Below are positions 40,652 to 50,890 of a DNA stretch of 64,000 nucleotides, piece by piece. This stretch comes from Candidatus Saccharimonadota bacterium. Its GTDB lineage: Bacteria; Patescibacteriota; Saccharimonadia; Saccharimonadales; JACDBH01. Both the position numbers and the translations under genes were made by a program. The first letter of the stretch is position 1, and each line of letters starts with the position of its first letter. Location: contig JAQGGW010000006.1 in assembly GCA_028289135.1 (NCBI GenBank), positions 7,334-71,333 of the forward strand. The letters are read 5' to 3'. A model generated the notes under the pieces. That model had not been told where the DNA came from. It made no database searches and saw only the letters and a list, made by a program, of their open reading frames with translations.

Positions 40652-41626
40652 ATGTCACACCAAGGCGATGGTCTTATATCGGTTGTTGTGCCTCTTTATA
40701 ATGAAGCGGCTAGTTTGCCTGGGCTCCATAAACATCTTACTGAAGTTCTGAGCAGCCTTGGCAACCCTTATGAAATTATCTACATAGAAGACGGCAGCAC
40801 CGATGAGAGCAACGCCATCATTAGCGCCTGGACGGCAACCGACAGCCATGTCAGGATGATCGCGCTGTCGCGTAATTTTGGCAAAGAAGCTGGACTTGCT
40901 GCCGGTATTGCCCAGTCAAAGGGTGATGCCGTTATTATGATGGACAGTGACGGACAGCATCCGGTTGAAATGATCCCAGAATTTATCAAAGCCTGGAAGG
41001 ACGGGGCGCAGGTCGTCATTGGGATTTCGGCGGACAAAAAGGGCGAGGGCGCTTTTAAAAAAGTCGGCTCAAAGCTATTTTATAAATTGTTTAACAGGTT
41101 TTCCGACCAGCCGCTTGTGCCTGGCTCTACCGATTTCCGTTTGATAGATGCCGAAGTCCGCGCCGCTTTTTTGAAACTTGAAGAAAAAGACCGCATTACC
41201 CGCGGACTGATCGACTGGCTTGGCTTTAAACGAAGCTACATTACCTATGTCACTCGTGAGCGCCAACACGGCACCGCAACCTACAGCCGCCGTAAACTGA
41301 TTAGCCTTGCCACCAATAGCTTTGTCACGCTTACTTCTACCCCGATATTTCTCTTTGGCTACCTGGGCGTTTTTATTTCCAGCCTGTCATTCTTACTAGG
41401 AACGGCGATTATAATTGAACAGCTGATTTTAGAAGATCCGCTCAGCTGGAACTTTACGGGCACAGCCATGCTTGGAGTACTAATTATCTTCTTGGTCGGT
41501 ATAGTGTTAATGTCCCAAGGTATTTTGTCGCTTTATATTTCCCATATCCACACTCAGAGCAAAAACCGCCCATTGTATGTCATTAACCATGCAAAATCCG
41601 CCGGCGTTATAAGTCATGAATCCTAA
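40652..41626 (+). CDS. GT2 polyprenyl-phosphate glycosyltransferase (GtrB/CsbB/ArnC-like)
   Basis: ISVVVPLYNEAASL, IYIEDGSTD and MMDSDGQHP motifs, plus two C-terminal TM spans. Confidence 0.85.
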   Translation: MSHQGDGLISVVVPLYNEAASLPGLHKHLTEVLSSLGNPYEIIYIEDGSTDESNAIISAWTATDSHVRMIALSRNFGKEAGLAAGIAQSKGDAVIMMDSDGQHPVEMIPEFIKAWKDGAQVVIGISADKKGEGAFKKVGSKLFYKLFNRFSDQPLVPGSTDFRLIDAEVRAAFLKLEEKDRITRGLIDWLGFKRSYITYVTRERQHGTATYSRRKLISLATNSFVTLTSTPIFLFGYLGVFISSLSFLLGTAIIIEQLILEDPLSWNFTGTAMLGVLIIFLVGIVLMSQGILSLYISHIHTQSKNRPLYVINHAKSAGVISHES

Positions 41627-42035
41627 TTTTAAAACCTTAATCAAAAATACGACTAGCCGTTATGTCGTAGTTGGGGTTAGCGTTTATATAATTGAGCTTA
41701 TTGTTATCATTATCGCCCAACATCTAGGCTCAGGCAGCACCTTGGCGGTAGCTATAAGTTTTTGGGTAGGATTACTAATATCTTTTTTCTTGCAAAAACT
41801 TTTTACTTTTAAAGATAACCGCATGCATCATAAGACTGTACTACCGCAGCTGATTGCAGTAAGTTTACTGGTGCTGTTTAACTTCGGCTTTACCATCCTT
41901 GTTACCCGCTGGTTAAAAAATACTTTGCCAGCAGTTGGTACCCGTACGGTGGCGCTGGGCATCACCACCATCTGGAACTTCTACCTATACCGCACAAGGA
42001 TATTTAAATCGGACAACATCCAGCTGGTAGACTAA
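41616..42035 (+). CDS. GtrA-family small membrane protein (putative lipid-linked sugar flippase)
   Basis: 139 aa with 4 TM spans. RYVVVGVSVYIIEL...WNFYLYRTRIFK is typical of GtrA. An 11-nt overlap with the GT2 gene. Confidence 0.8.
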   Translation: MNPNFKTLIKNTTSRYVVVGVSVYIIELIVIIIAQHLGSGSTLAVAISFWVGLLISFFLQKLFTFKDNRMHHKTVLPQLIAVSLLVLFNFGFTILVTRWLKNTLPAVGTRTVALGITTIWNFYLYRTRIFKSDNIQLVD

Positions 42036-42101
42036 ATTTTGCTGGGAATTTCACAGTTGTTAATTTAGGCTTTTTTCGAGATACTTATAGTCAATACACT
42101 T

Positions 42102-44708
42102 ATGGTCCAAACCAAGACACGCGTGCATACCACGCATAAAACACCTGTGCCTACACACCACCCTAATAGGCTCTTTAAAGAAAAGTGGTTTACGAATGCC
42201 TATGTCCTTGCTGCGCTCGTCATCCTTCTGGGCAGTACAGTATTTTGGTCGCTGTTAAGCGCCCATGTACATTCCGGGAATGCCGACCAGTTGGTTAACC
42301 CATATCTATTTGACTCCAGATCTATAATGCACGGCGCGCTGCTGCCAGGTCAGCACACATTTTTGCTTAAATGGCCTGTGTTTTATTTTACAAAACTGTT
42401 TGGCGAAACAGCCAGATCTTATGAGGTCATAACTGCTGCGCTTAGTTTGATTACTGTCGGATCTTTAGCATATATCCTCCATCGGATAGATCCGCGGCCT
42501 TACGTAAAGGGCACACTTTTCTTGGCGCTGGCCTCTGTTTTACTTGTGATCCCGGCCCAGCCGTATCCGGGCGGTTTGCTTCCTGTAAATATGGCAATGA
42601 TCGCCACTCGGAACATTGAATATATCCTTTATATTGCGTCTGCCTGGGCTTTGGTACGCGCAAAACGTATGGTAAGCCCAACCTGGATTATTGGCTGCTT
42701 AGGGTTAATTATTTTAATAGCCAGCGATAAGTTATTTTTGTCGCTTAGTATTGGTGCGGCACTAGTTGCGTGCATTGTCTATGTTTTTAGGCAGCGGATG
42801 ACACTTGCAACCCTGTCAGCACGTTGGTTTGTGACCACTCTGCTGGCGGCAGTTGGTTCTTTTTTGCTGTTGGCACTAATAAATGCACTACATATTGTTC
42901 ATATTGTCGGAGGTGGAAATGACCCATATCATATTATTAATTCAGCCTCACAGTTAGCGCACGGATTTATAGGTGCAGCGTCCGGACTGCTTACGAACTT
43001 TGGCGCCAATCCTGCCGGCAACACTATTAGCCTTAAAGCTGCGCCGGCAGAAGCCGTACATCATCTATTTAGCCTTGGCGGGCCAATTTTAATACTCAAT
43101 GCCATACTGCTTGTCGGTGGGATAGCCGCCAGCCTGCATTTGCTTAAAGCTAGCCTGGAAATACACCCAAACAATAAGAAACATGAATTTTCTGATAGCC
43201 AAAAACTTTCCTTATTGCTAATTTGGACAACCTTGGCAGCATATGGGGCGTTTATTGCGACCAATCATTTTTATCCAGTTGATAGCCGCTACTTAAGCAT
43301 TGGCATGTTCGCTCTTTTTGTTTCTATTGCTAGCTTTACACGTCTACGTCAGTGGGAGGGCAGGCGCCTGGTGCTTATCGGTTGTATTTTGGCAGCTGGG
43401 ATGGCGCTGGCTATCCCTTCGGTCTTTAAGTCATATCATAATGAAAAAAACGCCTCATTCGTGGCAGACCAGCGAAACTCACGGATTTCTCAGGCCATTT
43501 CCAGCCATAAAGTCAGTGTGCTTGTGGGAGACTACTGGCGCGTTGTGCCAATTAAGCAGCTGTCAAAAAATAACATTACAATCATGCCGCTCGAAAGCTG
43601 CATCACTCCGCGCAGTATCTTAACTTCCTCCAAGTGGATAGAAGATCTAAAAACTTCTAGCTTTGCATATGTATTATCCCTGGACAAAAGCCAGACCGAC
43701 TTCCCGCGCTGTAGTGTATCTGAAATTTTTAACACCTACGGCAAGCCGAATGCCAGCGTAGTTATAGAGGGCAGTATTTTACATCCTAAGGAGATGTTGT
43801 TGTTTTACGATCACGGTATTCATAAAAGTGCGCCTGTAAATGCAGCCACATCTCCAGCATCACCAACCATAGAGGCAGTACCGATCGAAGATTTACCAAG
43901 CGGTGTTTGCTCTTTACCTACTTCTCTTAACGTTGTGGCCCATCAAGACGATGACTTATTATTTATGAACCCAGATACCCAGGCAGACATTACGGCCGGA
44001 CATTGCGTACGAACAGTATATATAACCGCAGGCGATGCCGGCTATAATCAATTTTATTGGCTGGGACGTGAGCAAGGTTCAGAAGCAGCATACTCGAAAA
44101 TGATTGGCAGCGATGCCATTTGGATCCAGCGAATTATTCAGATTGGCATAAACCAATATGTAACAATAGCCAATCCAAAAGGCAATACCAAAGTTTCATT
44201 AATCTTTATGCATCTCCCAGATGGCAATATCGGGGGCAGCGGTTTTGGTGCATCAAATCATGAAAGCCTGCAAAAGTTATTTAATGGACAAATTTCCTCA
44301 ATAGAAGCAATCTATGGCGGGTCTAGTTACAGCTCAGATGATCTAACAGCAGCCTTGGTAGAATTAATGCATTTTTACCAGCCTGCTGACATCCGGACCT
44401 TGGCAACTTACGAAAGCAAAGCCTACACGGACCATAGTGATCACATGACCGTTTCTCGGTTCACCACCCGAGCCTACGACCAATATGAGCTTAATCAATA
44501 CAACAACAGCGTAATAATCCCGCTTAAGCACTATATTGGCTACCCAATCCACGCTTTTCCAGAAAACGTTAGCGGTGATGACTTGGGCACAAAAACTGCC
44601 ATATTTTTAAGCTACGCCAAACATGATGGCAGTGTTTGCCAATCCGTTGAACAGTGTGCGGCCAATCCGGCGTACGGCTTTTACTTGCGGCGGCAATATA
44701 CTCAATAA
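42102..44708 (+). CDS. Large polytopic membrane protein (GT-C-like) fused to a C-terminal PIG-L/LmbE-family deacetylase domain
   Basis: About 560 aa with many TM spans. Then VVAHQDDDLLFMNPD...VYITAGDAG...REQGSEAAYSKMIG, which matches the AHPDDE-type PIG-L signature. Confidence 0.7.
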   Translation: MVQTKTRVHTTHKTPVPTHHPNRLFKEKWFTNAYVLAALVILLGSTVFWSLLSAHVHSGNADQLVNPYLFDSRSIMHGALLPGQHTFLLKWPVFYFTKLFGETARSYEVITAALSLITVGSLAYILHRIDPRPYVKGTLFLALASVLLVIPAQPYPGGLLPVNMAMIATRNIEYILYIASAWALVRAKRMVSPTWIIGCLGLIILIASDKLFLSLSIGAALVACIVYVFRQRMTLATLSARWFVTTLLAAVGSFLLLALINALHIVHIVGGGNDPYHIINSASQLAHGFIGAASGLLTNFGANPAGNTISLKAAPAEAVHHLFSLGGPILILNAILLVGGIAASLHLLKASLEIHPNNKKHEFSDSQKLSLLLIWTTLAAYGAFIATNHFYPVDSRYLSIGMFALFVSIASFTRLRQWEGRRLVLIGCILAAGMALAIPSVFKSYHNEKNASFVADQRNSRISQAISSHKVSVLVGDYWRVVPIKQLSKNNITIMPLESCITPRSILTSSKWIEDLKTSSFAYVLSLDKSQTDFPRCSVSEIFNTYGKPNASVVIEGSILHPKEMLLFYDHGIHKSAPVNAATSPASPTIEAVPIEDLPSGVCSLPTSLNVVAHQDDDLLFMNPDTQADITAGHCVRTVYITAGDAGYNQFYWLGREQGSEAAYSKMIGSDAIWIQRIIQIGINQYVTIANPKGNTKVSLIFMHLPDGNIGGSGFGASNHESLQKLFNGQISSIEAIYGGSSYSSDDLTAALVELMHFYQPADIRTLATYESKAYTDHSDHMTVSRFTTRAYDQYELNQYNNSVIIPLKHYIGYPIHAFPENVSGDDLGTKTAIFLSYAKHDGSVCQSVEQCAANPAYGFYLRRQYTQ

Positions 44709-44731
44709 TTTATGGTGTTATACTAGCGCAT

Positions 44732-45427
44732 ATGCAGTGGAATAACGGTTGTAAAACAGATGAGGTTTGGCAGCGTGACATCAAAAACCGCGCACTTAAA
44801 GAAAAGGCTGCTCGTAAGCTGGCTTTGCGCTTAAAAGACGGAGAGGTAGTGGGGGCGGGTAGCGGCTCGACCAGTTACTTAACCCTTCTAGCGCTGGCCG
44901 CACGGGCAGAGCGTGAAGGGCTTAGTTTCCGCATTATTCCAACATCTATCGAGATTGAGCTGACTTGTTCGACGCTTGGCATCCCAACTACAGAGCTAAA
45001 AGTGGAGCGGCCAGATTGGTCCTTTGACGGAGCGGACGAAGTTGATGCAGACAACAATATAATAAAAGGCCGCGGCGGGGCATTGCTGCGTGAAAAGCTC
45101 GTCATTGCCGCTTCGCCCGAGGTTTATATTGTGATAGACAAGTCAAAGCTTGTTAAACGGCTTGGCCAGAACTTCCCAGTGCCTGTTGAAGTCCACCCTG
45201 ATGCTGTGCAGCTAGGTTGCGAAGCGCTCAATAAACTTCCAGGCGTAACAGATGTGGTTCTGCGCCAGGCGGTTGCAAAAGACGGCCCGGTTATCACCGA
45301 AAGCGGCAACCTGATCTTTGATGTTTATTTTAGTATTATTGCTGCAGGAACTGAACAAAAGCTCAAGTCAATCATTGGCGTTGTCGAAAGCGGCTTATTT
45401 ATGGGCTACCCCGTAACAATTATTTAA
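44732..45427 (+). CDS. rpiA: Ribose-5-phosphate isomerase A
   Basis: VVGAGSGSTSY, FDGADEVD and KGRGGALLREK motifs. ATG 44732 is preferred: TATACT (44719-44724) lies 7 nt upstream, and the longer track ORF overlaps the previous gene. Confidence 0.85.
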   Translation: MQWNNGCKTDEVWQRDIKNRALKEKAARKLALRLKDGEVVGAGSGSTSYLTLLALAARAEREGLSFRIIPTSIEIELTCSTLGIPTTELKVERPDWSFDGADEVDADNNIIKGRGGALLREKLVIAASPEVYIVIDKSKLVKRLGQNFPVPVEVHPDAVQLGCEALNKLPGVTDVVLRQAVAKDGPVITESGNLIFDVYFSIIAAGTEQKLKSIIGVVESGLFMGYPVTII

Positions 45428-45470
45428 AATTAACAACAAATAAAGACTACTGCGCTGTTATACTAATCTT

Positions 45471-46439
45471 ATGACGAGTTTAGCTGGGCGTAAGCTATGT
45501 ATTATGACGGGTCGTGCACACCCCGGATTAGCTGATGAAGTTGTCAAAGAACTTGGCATTAAACTATGTCCAGTTGACCTTGGTAACTTTGCCAATGGCG
45601 AAATTAGCTGCCGGATTACCGAATCTATCCGCGGCAGCGACGTTTTTATCATCCAGACGCATTGCGGCAACGTAAATGATGCCATCATGGAGCAGGCGAT
45701 TATTATTGACGCCGCCAAGCGTGCCTCAGCGGCTTCCGTGACGGCCGTCTGCCCGTTTTTGGGTTATGCCCGCCAGGATCGCAAGTCAGCCGCACGCGAG
45801 CCTATTACCGCCCGTCTGGTAATTGATCTTTTAGCGGTTGCCGGCGCTGACCGGATTATGAGCATTGACCTACACTCCGGCCAGACCCAAGGCTTTTTTA
45901 ACGGCCAGTTTGACCACATTATTGCCCGTCCAACACTCATCAAGTACATGAACAAACGTTTTAAAGACAGGGACGACCTGGTTATAGTTTCGCCTGATGC
46001 CGGCCGCGTAAAGTCAGCCGAACGCTACAGCGGCGAACTGCAGTGCTCGATCGCCATTATCCACAAACAGCGCTCCACCTCCATCCGCAACAAATCCGAG
46101 GCCAAATATTTGTTTGGAGATGTAAAAGGCAAAACCTGCGTTGTTATAGACGACATGATCGACACCGCAGGAACGGTTTGCTCAGCATCCGAGATTTTAA
46201 TGGAAAACGGCGCCAAAGAAGTTTATGTCGTGGCTACCCATGGTGTATTGTCTGACCCTGCCATGGAGCGGATCGAAGCTTCACCGATTAAAGAAGTTAT
46301 TGTTACCAGCACTTTGCCAGAAAAGCCGCATCATTCCAAAAAAGTAATTTATCTTTCGATCGCACCGCTGCTTGCTGGCGCCATTGATGCTGTTTTTAGA
46401 GATCATTCACTGTCCGCAATGCTCGGTAAAAAGAACTAG
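45471..46439 (+). CDS. prs: Ribose-phosphate pyrophosphokinase
   Basis: FANGEISCRITESIRGSDVFIIQ, YARQDRK and VVIDDMIDTAGT motifs. TATACT (45459-45464) lies 6 nt before the ATG. Confidence 0.95.
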   Translation: MTSLAGRKLCIMTGRAHPGLADEVVKELGIKLCPVDLGNFANGEISCRITESIRGSDVFIIQTHCGNVNDAIMEQAIIIDAAKRASAASVTAVCPFLGYARQDRKSAAREPITARLVIDLLAVAGADRIMSIDLHSGQTQGFFNGQFDHIIARPTLIKYMNKRFKDRDDLVIVSPDAGRVKSAERYSGELQCSIAIIHKQRSTSIRNKSEAKYLFGDVKGKTCVVIDDMIDTAGTVCSASEILMENGAKEVYVVATHGVLSDPAMERIEASPIKEVIVTSTLPEKPHHSKKVIYLSIAPLLAGAIDAVFRDHSLSAMLGKKN

Positions 46440-46449
46440 GAGGCAAGTT

Positions 46450-47370
46450 ATGGGTTTAAAGCACGTTACTACTGTTGAGCAGCTTGCTGACAAAAAACTG
46501 TTAAGTACACTCATGGCGCGCGCAGCCGAACTCCAGGCTATGCCTTTGCACGAATACCCTAAACCTTTGCAAGATTTAACTATTTGCACATTATTTTTTG
46601 AGCCCAGTACCCGCACCCGTTTGTCGTTTGAGACGGCCATCCAAAACCTTGGCGGCCACCTTATTAGCGTAGAAAACGCCGGGACTTCATCTTCTGGCGT
46701 AAAAGGCGAAACCTTAGAAGATACCATTAAAACGATCAACTGCTATGCTGACGGCATTGTTATCCGCCATCCAGAAGTAGGGTCCGCGGAAGAGGCAGCA
46801 AAAGTCTCTGATGTCCCGATAATAAATGCCGGTGATGGCGCAGGGCTGCACCCAACCCAGGGTCTCCTTGACCTCTATACCATCCAAAAGTCTAAGGGCA
46901 AAATTGACGGGCTCAAGGTTGCTATGGTTGGCGATCTTCTAAATAGCCGCTGCGTGCATTCACTTGTTGAGCTGCTTGCACTGTATAAAATTGAACTTTT
47001 CTTACTAGCACCACCAGAGTTAAAAATACCTGAATCTTACCTAAAACTGCTCAAAAAAGAGGGCATAACTTATCATGAATACGAAAAGTGGGAAGACGTC
47101 ATCGGTAAAGTTGATATGCTTTATATGACACGCGTCCAAAAAGAACGTTTTAAGTTTATCGAAGACTACCGGGCAATTAAAGACAGTTACATCCTAACCC
47201 TCGACCTCGTAAAACAAATGAAAAAGGACGCCATCATAATGTCGCCGTTGCCACGGGTTAACGAGATTGAATTTTCTATTGACAGTGACCCACGCGCAAT
47301 CTACTTCCAAGAAGTCCGTAACGGCCTCTACGCCCGTATGGCGCTGCTTGAGCACATATTCGCTAACTAG
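46450..47370 (+). CDS. pyrB: Aspartate carbamoyltransferase catalytic subunit
   Basis: STRTRLSFE, HPTQ and PLPRVNEI motifs. ATG 46450 lies 7 nt after AGGAGG. The upstream part of the track ORF overlaps prs. Confidence 0.9.
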   Translation: MGLKHVTTVEQLADKKLLSTLMARAAELQAMPLHEYPKPLQDLTICTLFFEPSTRTRLSFETAIQNLGGHLISVENAGTSSSGVKGETLEDTIKTINCYADGIVIRHPEVGSAEEAAKVSDVPIINAGDGAGLHPTQGLLDLYTIQKSKGKIDGLKVAMVGDLLNSRCVHSLVELLALYKIELFLLAPPELKIPESYLKLLKKEGITYHEYEKWEDVIGKVDMLYMTRVQKERFKFIEDYRAIKDSYILTLDLVKQMKKDAIIMSPLPRVNEIEFSIDSDPRAIYFQEVRNGLYARMALLEHIFAN

Positions 47371-47965
47371 CTAAGAAATCGACGCACTGTTTGTACTTTG
47401 TATCATCAATTTTATTATTCTGTTTCATTATCTCAACGACTTCTTTCATAGTCAAAAAGGCGTGTAAGTTATAGCCTTTTTCTTTCAGGAGAGCACTGCC
47501 ACCTTTTTCGTAATCTATAAGTACTACAAAATCCTTAATTACTAAGCCATTGTTCTGGAATGGTTCAATCACTTCAAGTTTTGAGTCGCCCTTGGTCACA
47601 AGGTCGTCAATAACGACAACTACATCACCTTCATTAAACTCGCCTTCAATCGCTTTCTTAAGCCCGTACCCTTTGGCCAGACCTTCTTTACGCATATAAA
47701 TCCATGGCTTTTCCATCTCCAAACTTACAGCTCCAGCAATTGGCAGAGCAGCGTAGGCAATACCTGCTAGCTTGTCATACTCCAAAGGCTCAATCATGCT
47801 CGCGAATGCCTTAGCAACCTTTTTAAGGACCTTAGGGTAGCTCACGAACAAACGAAGATCCATGTACATCGGGCTCACGATACCGCTTTTAAAAGTAAAC
47901 TCACCAAATTTTAAAGCGCCAATTTCGTGCAGGTCCAAGGCTATTTCTTTTTTTAGATCATCCAT
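47363..47965 (-). CDS. pyrE: Orotate phosphoribosyltransferase
   Basis: FTFKSGIVSPMYMDLR and the PRPP loop VVVVIDDLVTKGDS. Confidence 0.9.
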   Translation of the reverse strand: MDDLKKEIALDLHEIGALKFGEFTFKSGIVSPMYMDLRLFVSYPKVLKKVAKAFASMIEPLEYDKLAGIAYAALPIAGAVSLEMEKPWIYMRKEGLAKGYGLKKAIEGEFNEGDVVVVIDDLVTKGDSKLEVIEPFQNNGLVIKDFVVLIDYEKGGSALLKEKGYNLHAFLTMKEVVEIMKQNNKIDDTKYKQCVDFLAS

Positions 47966-47967
47966 TA

Positions 47968-48702
47968 TTACATCTCCTCAATTTCTTTAATTATACTTTT
48001 TAAAGCCTCTTTAGGTGAACCAATTTCGCTTGGAGGTGAAGTAATTGGTCGCCCAATTACTAGCATATCTGCGCCTCTCTCGATCGCCTCCATTGGCGTA
48101 GCAACACGTTGCTGTTCATTACTAGCCGCCCACTTTGGCCGAACACCTGGAGTAATTAAAAGTAGATCTTTAAGTTTTTCATTTTTTCTCAAATCGGCAA
48201 CCTCTTCTGGGGAACATACGATTGCATCAAACCCCGCTTTTGCTGCTGTCTCGGCAAACTGGATAGTGCGAGTTTTAGGATCGGCTCCGTAAATTTGCAT
48301 GCATTCTTCAGGAGAAATTGAGGTAAGTACGGTTACGCCAACAATCTTAGGCCTGCTCACACTTTTATCCATAACTGCCCTATCAACTCCACGCTTAATT
48401 GCTTGTAGCGCTTCGAAACTATTGTCGGCCATAACAGTAAAATAATCTGGTTCATGTAAAGTCAATGAGTAGGCCGCCTCTTCAACAGTGTTCGGGATGT
48501 CTTTAAACTTGGCGTCGCAAAAGACCTTAAAACCTCTAGACTTAGCGATTTGAATGCCTTCCGCCCAACTTGCATTTGTTGCCAGCTGTAAACCAAACTT
48601 TATGTTTCCAACTTCGCCCACAAACTGATCCATAAGCTTTTCTGCGTCATCGATAGTTGTTACATCAATTGATACGAAAATTCTATCTTTGGGCTGCATC
48701 AA
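47968..48702 (-). CDS. pyrF: Orotidine 5'-phosphate decarboxylase
   Basis: IFVSIDV, FCDAKFKDIPNTV and LVIGRPIT motifs. Confidence 0.85.
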   Translation of the reverse strand: MMQPKDRIFVSIDVTTIDDAEKLMDQFVGEVGNIKFGLQLATNASWAEGIQIAKSRGFKVFCDAKFKDIPNTVEEAAYSLTLHEPDYFTVMADNSFEALQAIKRGVDRAVMDKSVSRPKIVGVTVLTSISPEECMQIYGADPKTRTIQFAETAAKAGFDAIVCSPEEVADLRKNEKLKDLLLITPGVRPKWAASNEQQRVATPMEAIERGADMLVIGRPITSPPSEIGSPKEALKSIIKEIEEM

Positions 48703-48749
48703 TCCTCCTTAGGTTGTCTATTTACATCTATGGTATCCTTTATGTAACG

Positions 48750-49823
48750 ATGGCACAACACTTATCTAACTGGCTGTACGACCCAGAACTAAGCTATCAT
48801 GATAACCTTAAGCACGGCCCTTTTGGTGGCTTCGATAAATTGCCAAAATATCAAAATACAGGCATGCCAAAATATGACTTTTTCGGTACGAAAGTCTATT
48901 CGCCGTTTGGAATAGCTGCTGGACCTTTACCTGCTGCCAAATTTGTTGGATCAGCGTTAGGCAGGGGTTTTGATATTGTGACTTTTAAAACAGTACGCTC
49001 TAATACCTATCCCTGTCTTCCAGGCCCAAACGTTTTTTCGTTAGAGCTAAGCAAATTAGACCCATCAAAAACAGATGTCCCAATAAAAACAAGGGATGGT
49101 TTTGATTTTCCGATGAGTCTGGCTAACTCATTCGGCATACCTTCTTTCAAGCCGTCAATATGGCAACCTGAAATAAGAAAATCATTCGAGATGCTAAATC
49201 AGGGCCAAGCTCTTTTAGTCGCCTTTCAAGGCACGCTTAGTCCAGGGTCGAGACAGAAATTTATTAACGATCATGTTAAAGGAATTGGCCTTCTGTCTCA
49301 AACGGGCGCAAAAGTAATAGAAATAAACCTTAGCTGTCCTAACGAAGGACACTCTAACTTACTCTGTTTTGATATTGAGACATCTAAGACAATCGTTCAA
49401 AAAGTCCACAAAGCCTATCCGGATATAAAGCTAATTGTTAAGATCACTTACTTTAATGACGACGAACATTTAAAACTTTTCGTAAAAGAGGTAGGACCTT
49501 ATGTGGTCGGGATAACTGCTATAAATACAGTTGGCGCAAATATTGTTAATGAAAGCGGCGCCCAGGCATTTAGCGGCTCCGAGTCTCGCAGCAAAGCCGG
49601 TGTAAGTGGGCTCGCCGTTAAGCACTTAGCAATAGACATGGTTAAAAGGCTTAAGATACACCGCAGGGAACTTAACTTAAAATTCAAGATAATCGGGGTT
49701 GGAGGTGTTCAGACTGCCCAAGACTTTCACGATCATAGGAATGCGGGAGCGGATTTCGTGATGGGGCTTACTGGGGTTATGTGGAATCCAAATCTGGCCG
49801 CAGAGATTAAAGCTAGCTTATAA
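48750..49823 (+). CDS. pyrD: Dihydroorotate dehydrogenase, class 1-like (Cys catalytic base)
   Basis: EINLSCPN motif and IIGVGGVQTAQDF...GADFVMG. There is an N-terminal extension relative to typical class 1 enzymes. ATG 48750 is preferred because the longer track ORF overlaps the pyrF start. Confidence 0.75.
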   Translation: MAQHLSNWLYDPELSYHDNLKHGPFGGFDKLPKYQNTGMPKYDFFGTKVYSPFGIAAGPLPAAKFVGSALGRGFDIVTFKTVRSNTYPCLPGPNVFSLELSKLDPSKTDVPIKTRDGFDFPMSLANSFGIPSFKPSIWQPEIRKSFEMLNQGQALLVAFQGTLSPGSRQKFINDHVKGIGLLSQTGAKVIEINLSCPNEGHSNLLCFDIETSKTIVQKVHKAYPDIKLIVKITYFNDDEHLKLFVKEVGPYVVGITAINTVGANIVNESGAQAFSGSESRSKAGVSGLAVKHLAIDMVKRLKIHRRELNLKFKIIGVGGVQTAQDFHDHRNAGADFVMGLTGVMWNPNLAAEIKASL

Positions 49824-50862
49824 TTTTGCCGCTGCCCGGGAGGGCGAGGACTTTGCCGTTTTCGAAGACTTTTGTTCCATGCAGGTAGACGGTTTTTACT
49901 TTGCCTACTACTTTGCGGCCGTTGAATGGGGACCAGCCGCATTTTGTTAGCAGGTCTTTGTTTTTAATTTCGTATTCTGACATATCTACTTCAACTTTTG
50001 TCGCTTCGTCTACGGCAATGCCAAATAGGCGGGCAGGGGTGGTGTGCAATTTTTCAATCAGTTGTGCCTGGGTTAATTTGCCTTCAGCAACTGCTGTTAA
50101 CATTAGCGGCAAGGTAGTTTCCAGGCCAGGCACGCCAAAGGGCGGTGTGTCGCTGTCTTTTTCTTCGCGGGTATGCGGCGCGTGGTCGGACTCAATCAGG
50201 TCAACCGCGTCCATGTGCGCCCAAATAAAGTCGATGTCTTTTTGAGACTTTAGGAATGGTTTCATATGGCCGTATGCGCCCAATTTGTCACCATCTTCGC
50301 TCGTTAAAAACAAGTGGTGCGGTGTTATGCCGCAGGTAATAGGCAGGCCTTTTTCTTTGGCCTTCATGACAAATGTCAGCTCGGCCTCGCTGGAAACATG
50401 GCAGATGTGCGTTTGTTTGGGAACGGCCGCAAGCGTCTTAAATACTATGTCCGACACATCATCTTCGGCATGCAGCAAAATTGGTTTGCTTCCAGGCCAA
50501 GCTTTGTATATTTCAATCAAACTATCGGCGTCGATCTTAAAGTTGCCTGTGGTAACGTTCATATAAACTTTAAGACCCGTCACACGGTCTATTACTTTTT
50601 CAAATTCTGCGAAATTGTCGCCAAGTGTCCCAAAATGAAAGCCAATGTCGCTCACGATCTGTTTATGCGCGCTAGCAATCTTTGCATCAAGCCGCTCAAC
50701 GGTGGTAATTGGCTCGGCATTATTTGGCATGTCTAATACCGTGGTAAAGCCACCAGCCAGTGCTGCCGATGTACCAGTATAAAAATCTTCTTTGTGTGTC
50801 TGGCCTGGGTCGCGCAGGTGCACATGCACATCTATTAGTCCGGGAAGAGTAAGAATGCTCAT
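49813..50862 (-). CDS. pyrC: Dihydroorotase
   Basis: LIDVHVHLRDPG and VLDMPN motifs, with later His/Asp metal-ligand positions (HVSS, DHAPH). Confidence 0.8.
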   Translation of the reverse strand: MSILTLPGLIDVHVHLRDPGQTHKEDFYTGTSAALAGGFTTVLDMPNNAEPITTVERLDAKIASAHKQIVSDIGFHFGTLGDNFAEFEKVIDRVTGLKVYMNVTTGNFKIDADSLIEIYKAWPGSKPILLHAEDDVSDIVFKTLAAVPKQTHICHVSSEAELTFVMKAKEKGLPITCGITPHHLFLTSEDGDKLGAYGHMKPFLKSQKDIDFIWAHMDAVDLIESDHAPHTREEKDSDTPPFGVPGLETTLPLMLTAVAEGKLTQAQLIEKLHTTPARLFGIAVDEATKVEVDMSEYEIKNKDLLTKCGWSPFNGRKVVGKVKTVYLHGTKVFENGKVLALPGSGKIIS

Positions 50863-50890
50863 TATATAAATAAGTATATTCCTCCGTATG

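Noticed and set aside
44654-44731. N-terminal extensions of track ORFs for rpiA (44654), pyrB (46372), pyrD (48657) and the small membrane ORF (3847).
   Set aside because: Each extension overlaps the preceding gene and lacks homology-like sequence. Internal ATGs have an SD or leaderless promoter support and give canonical N-termini.
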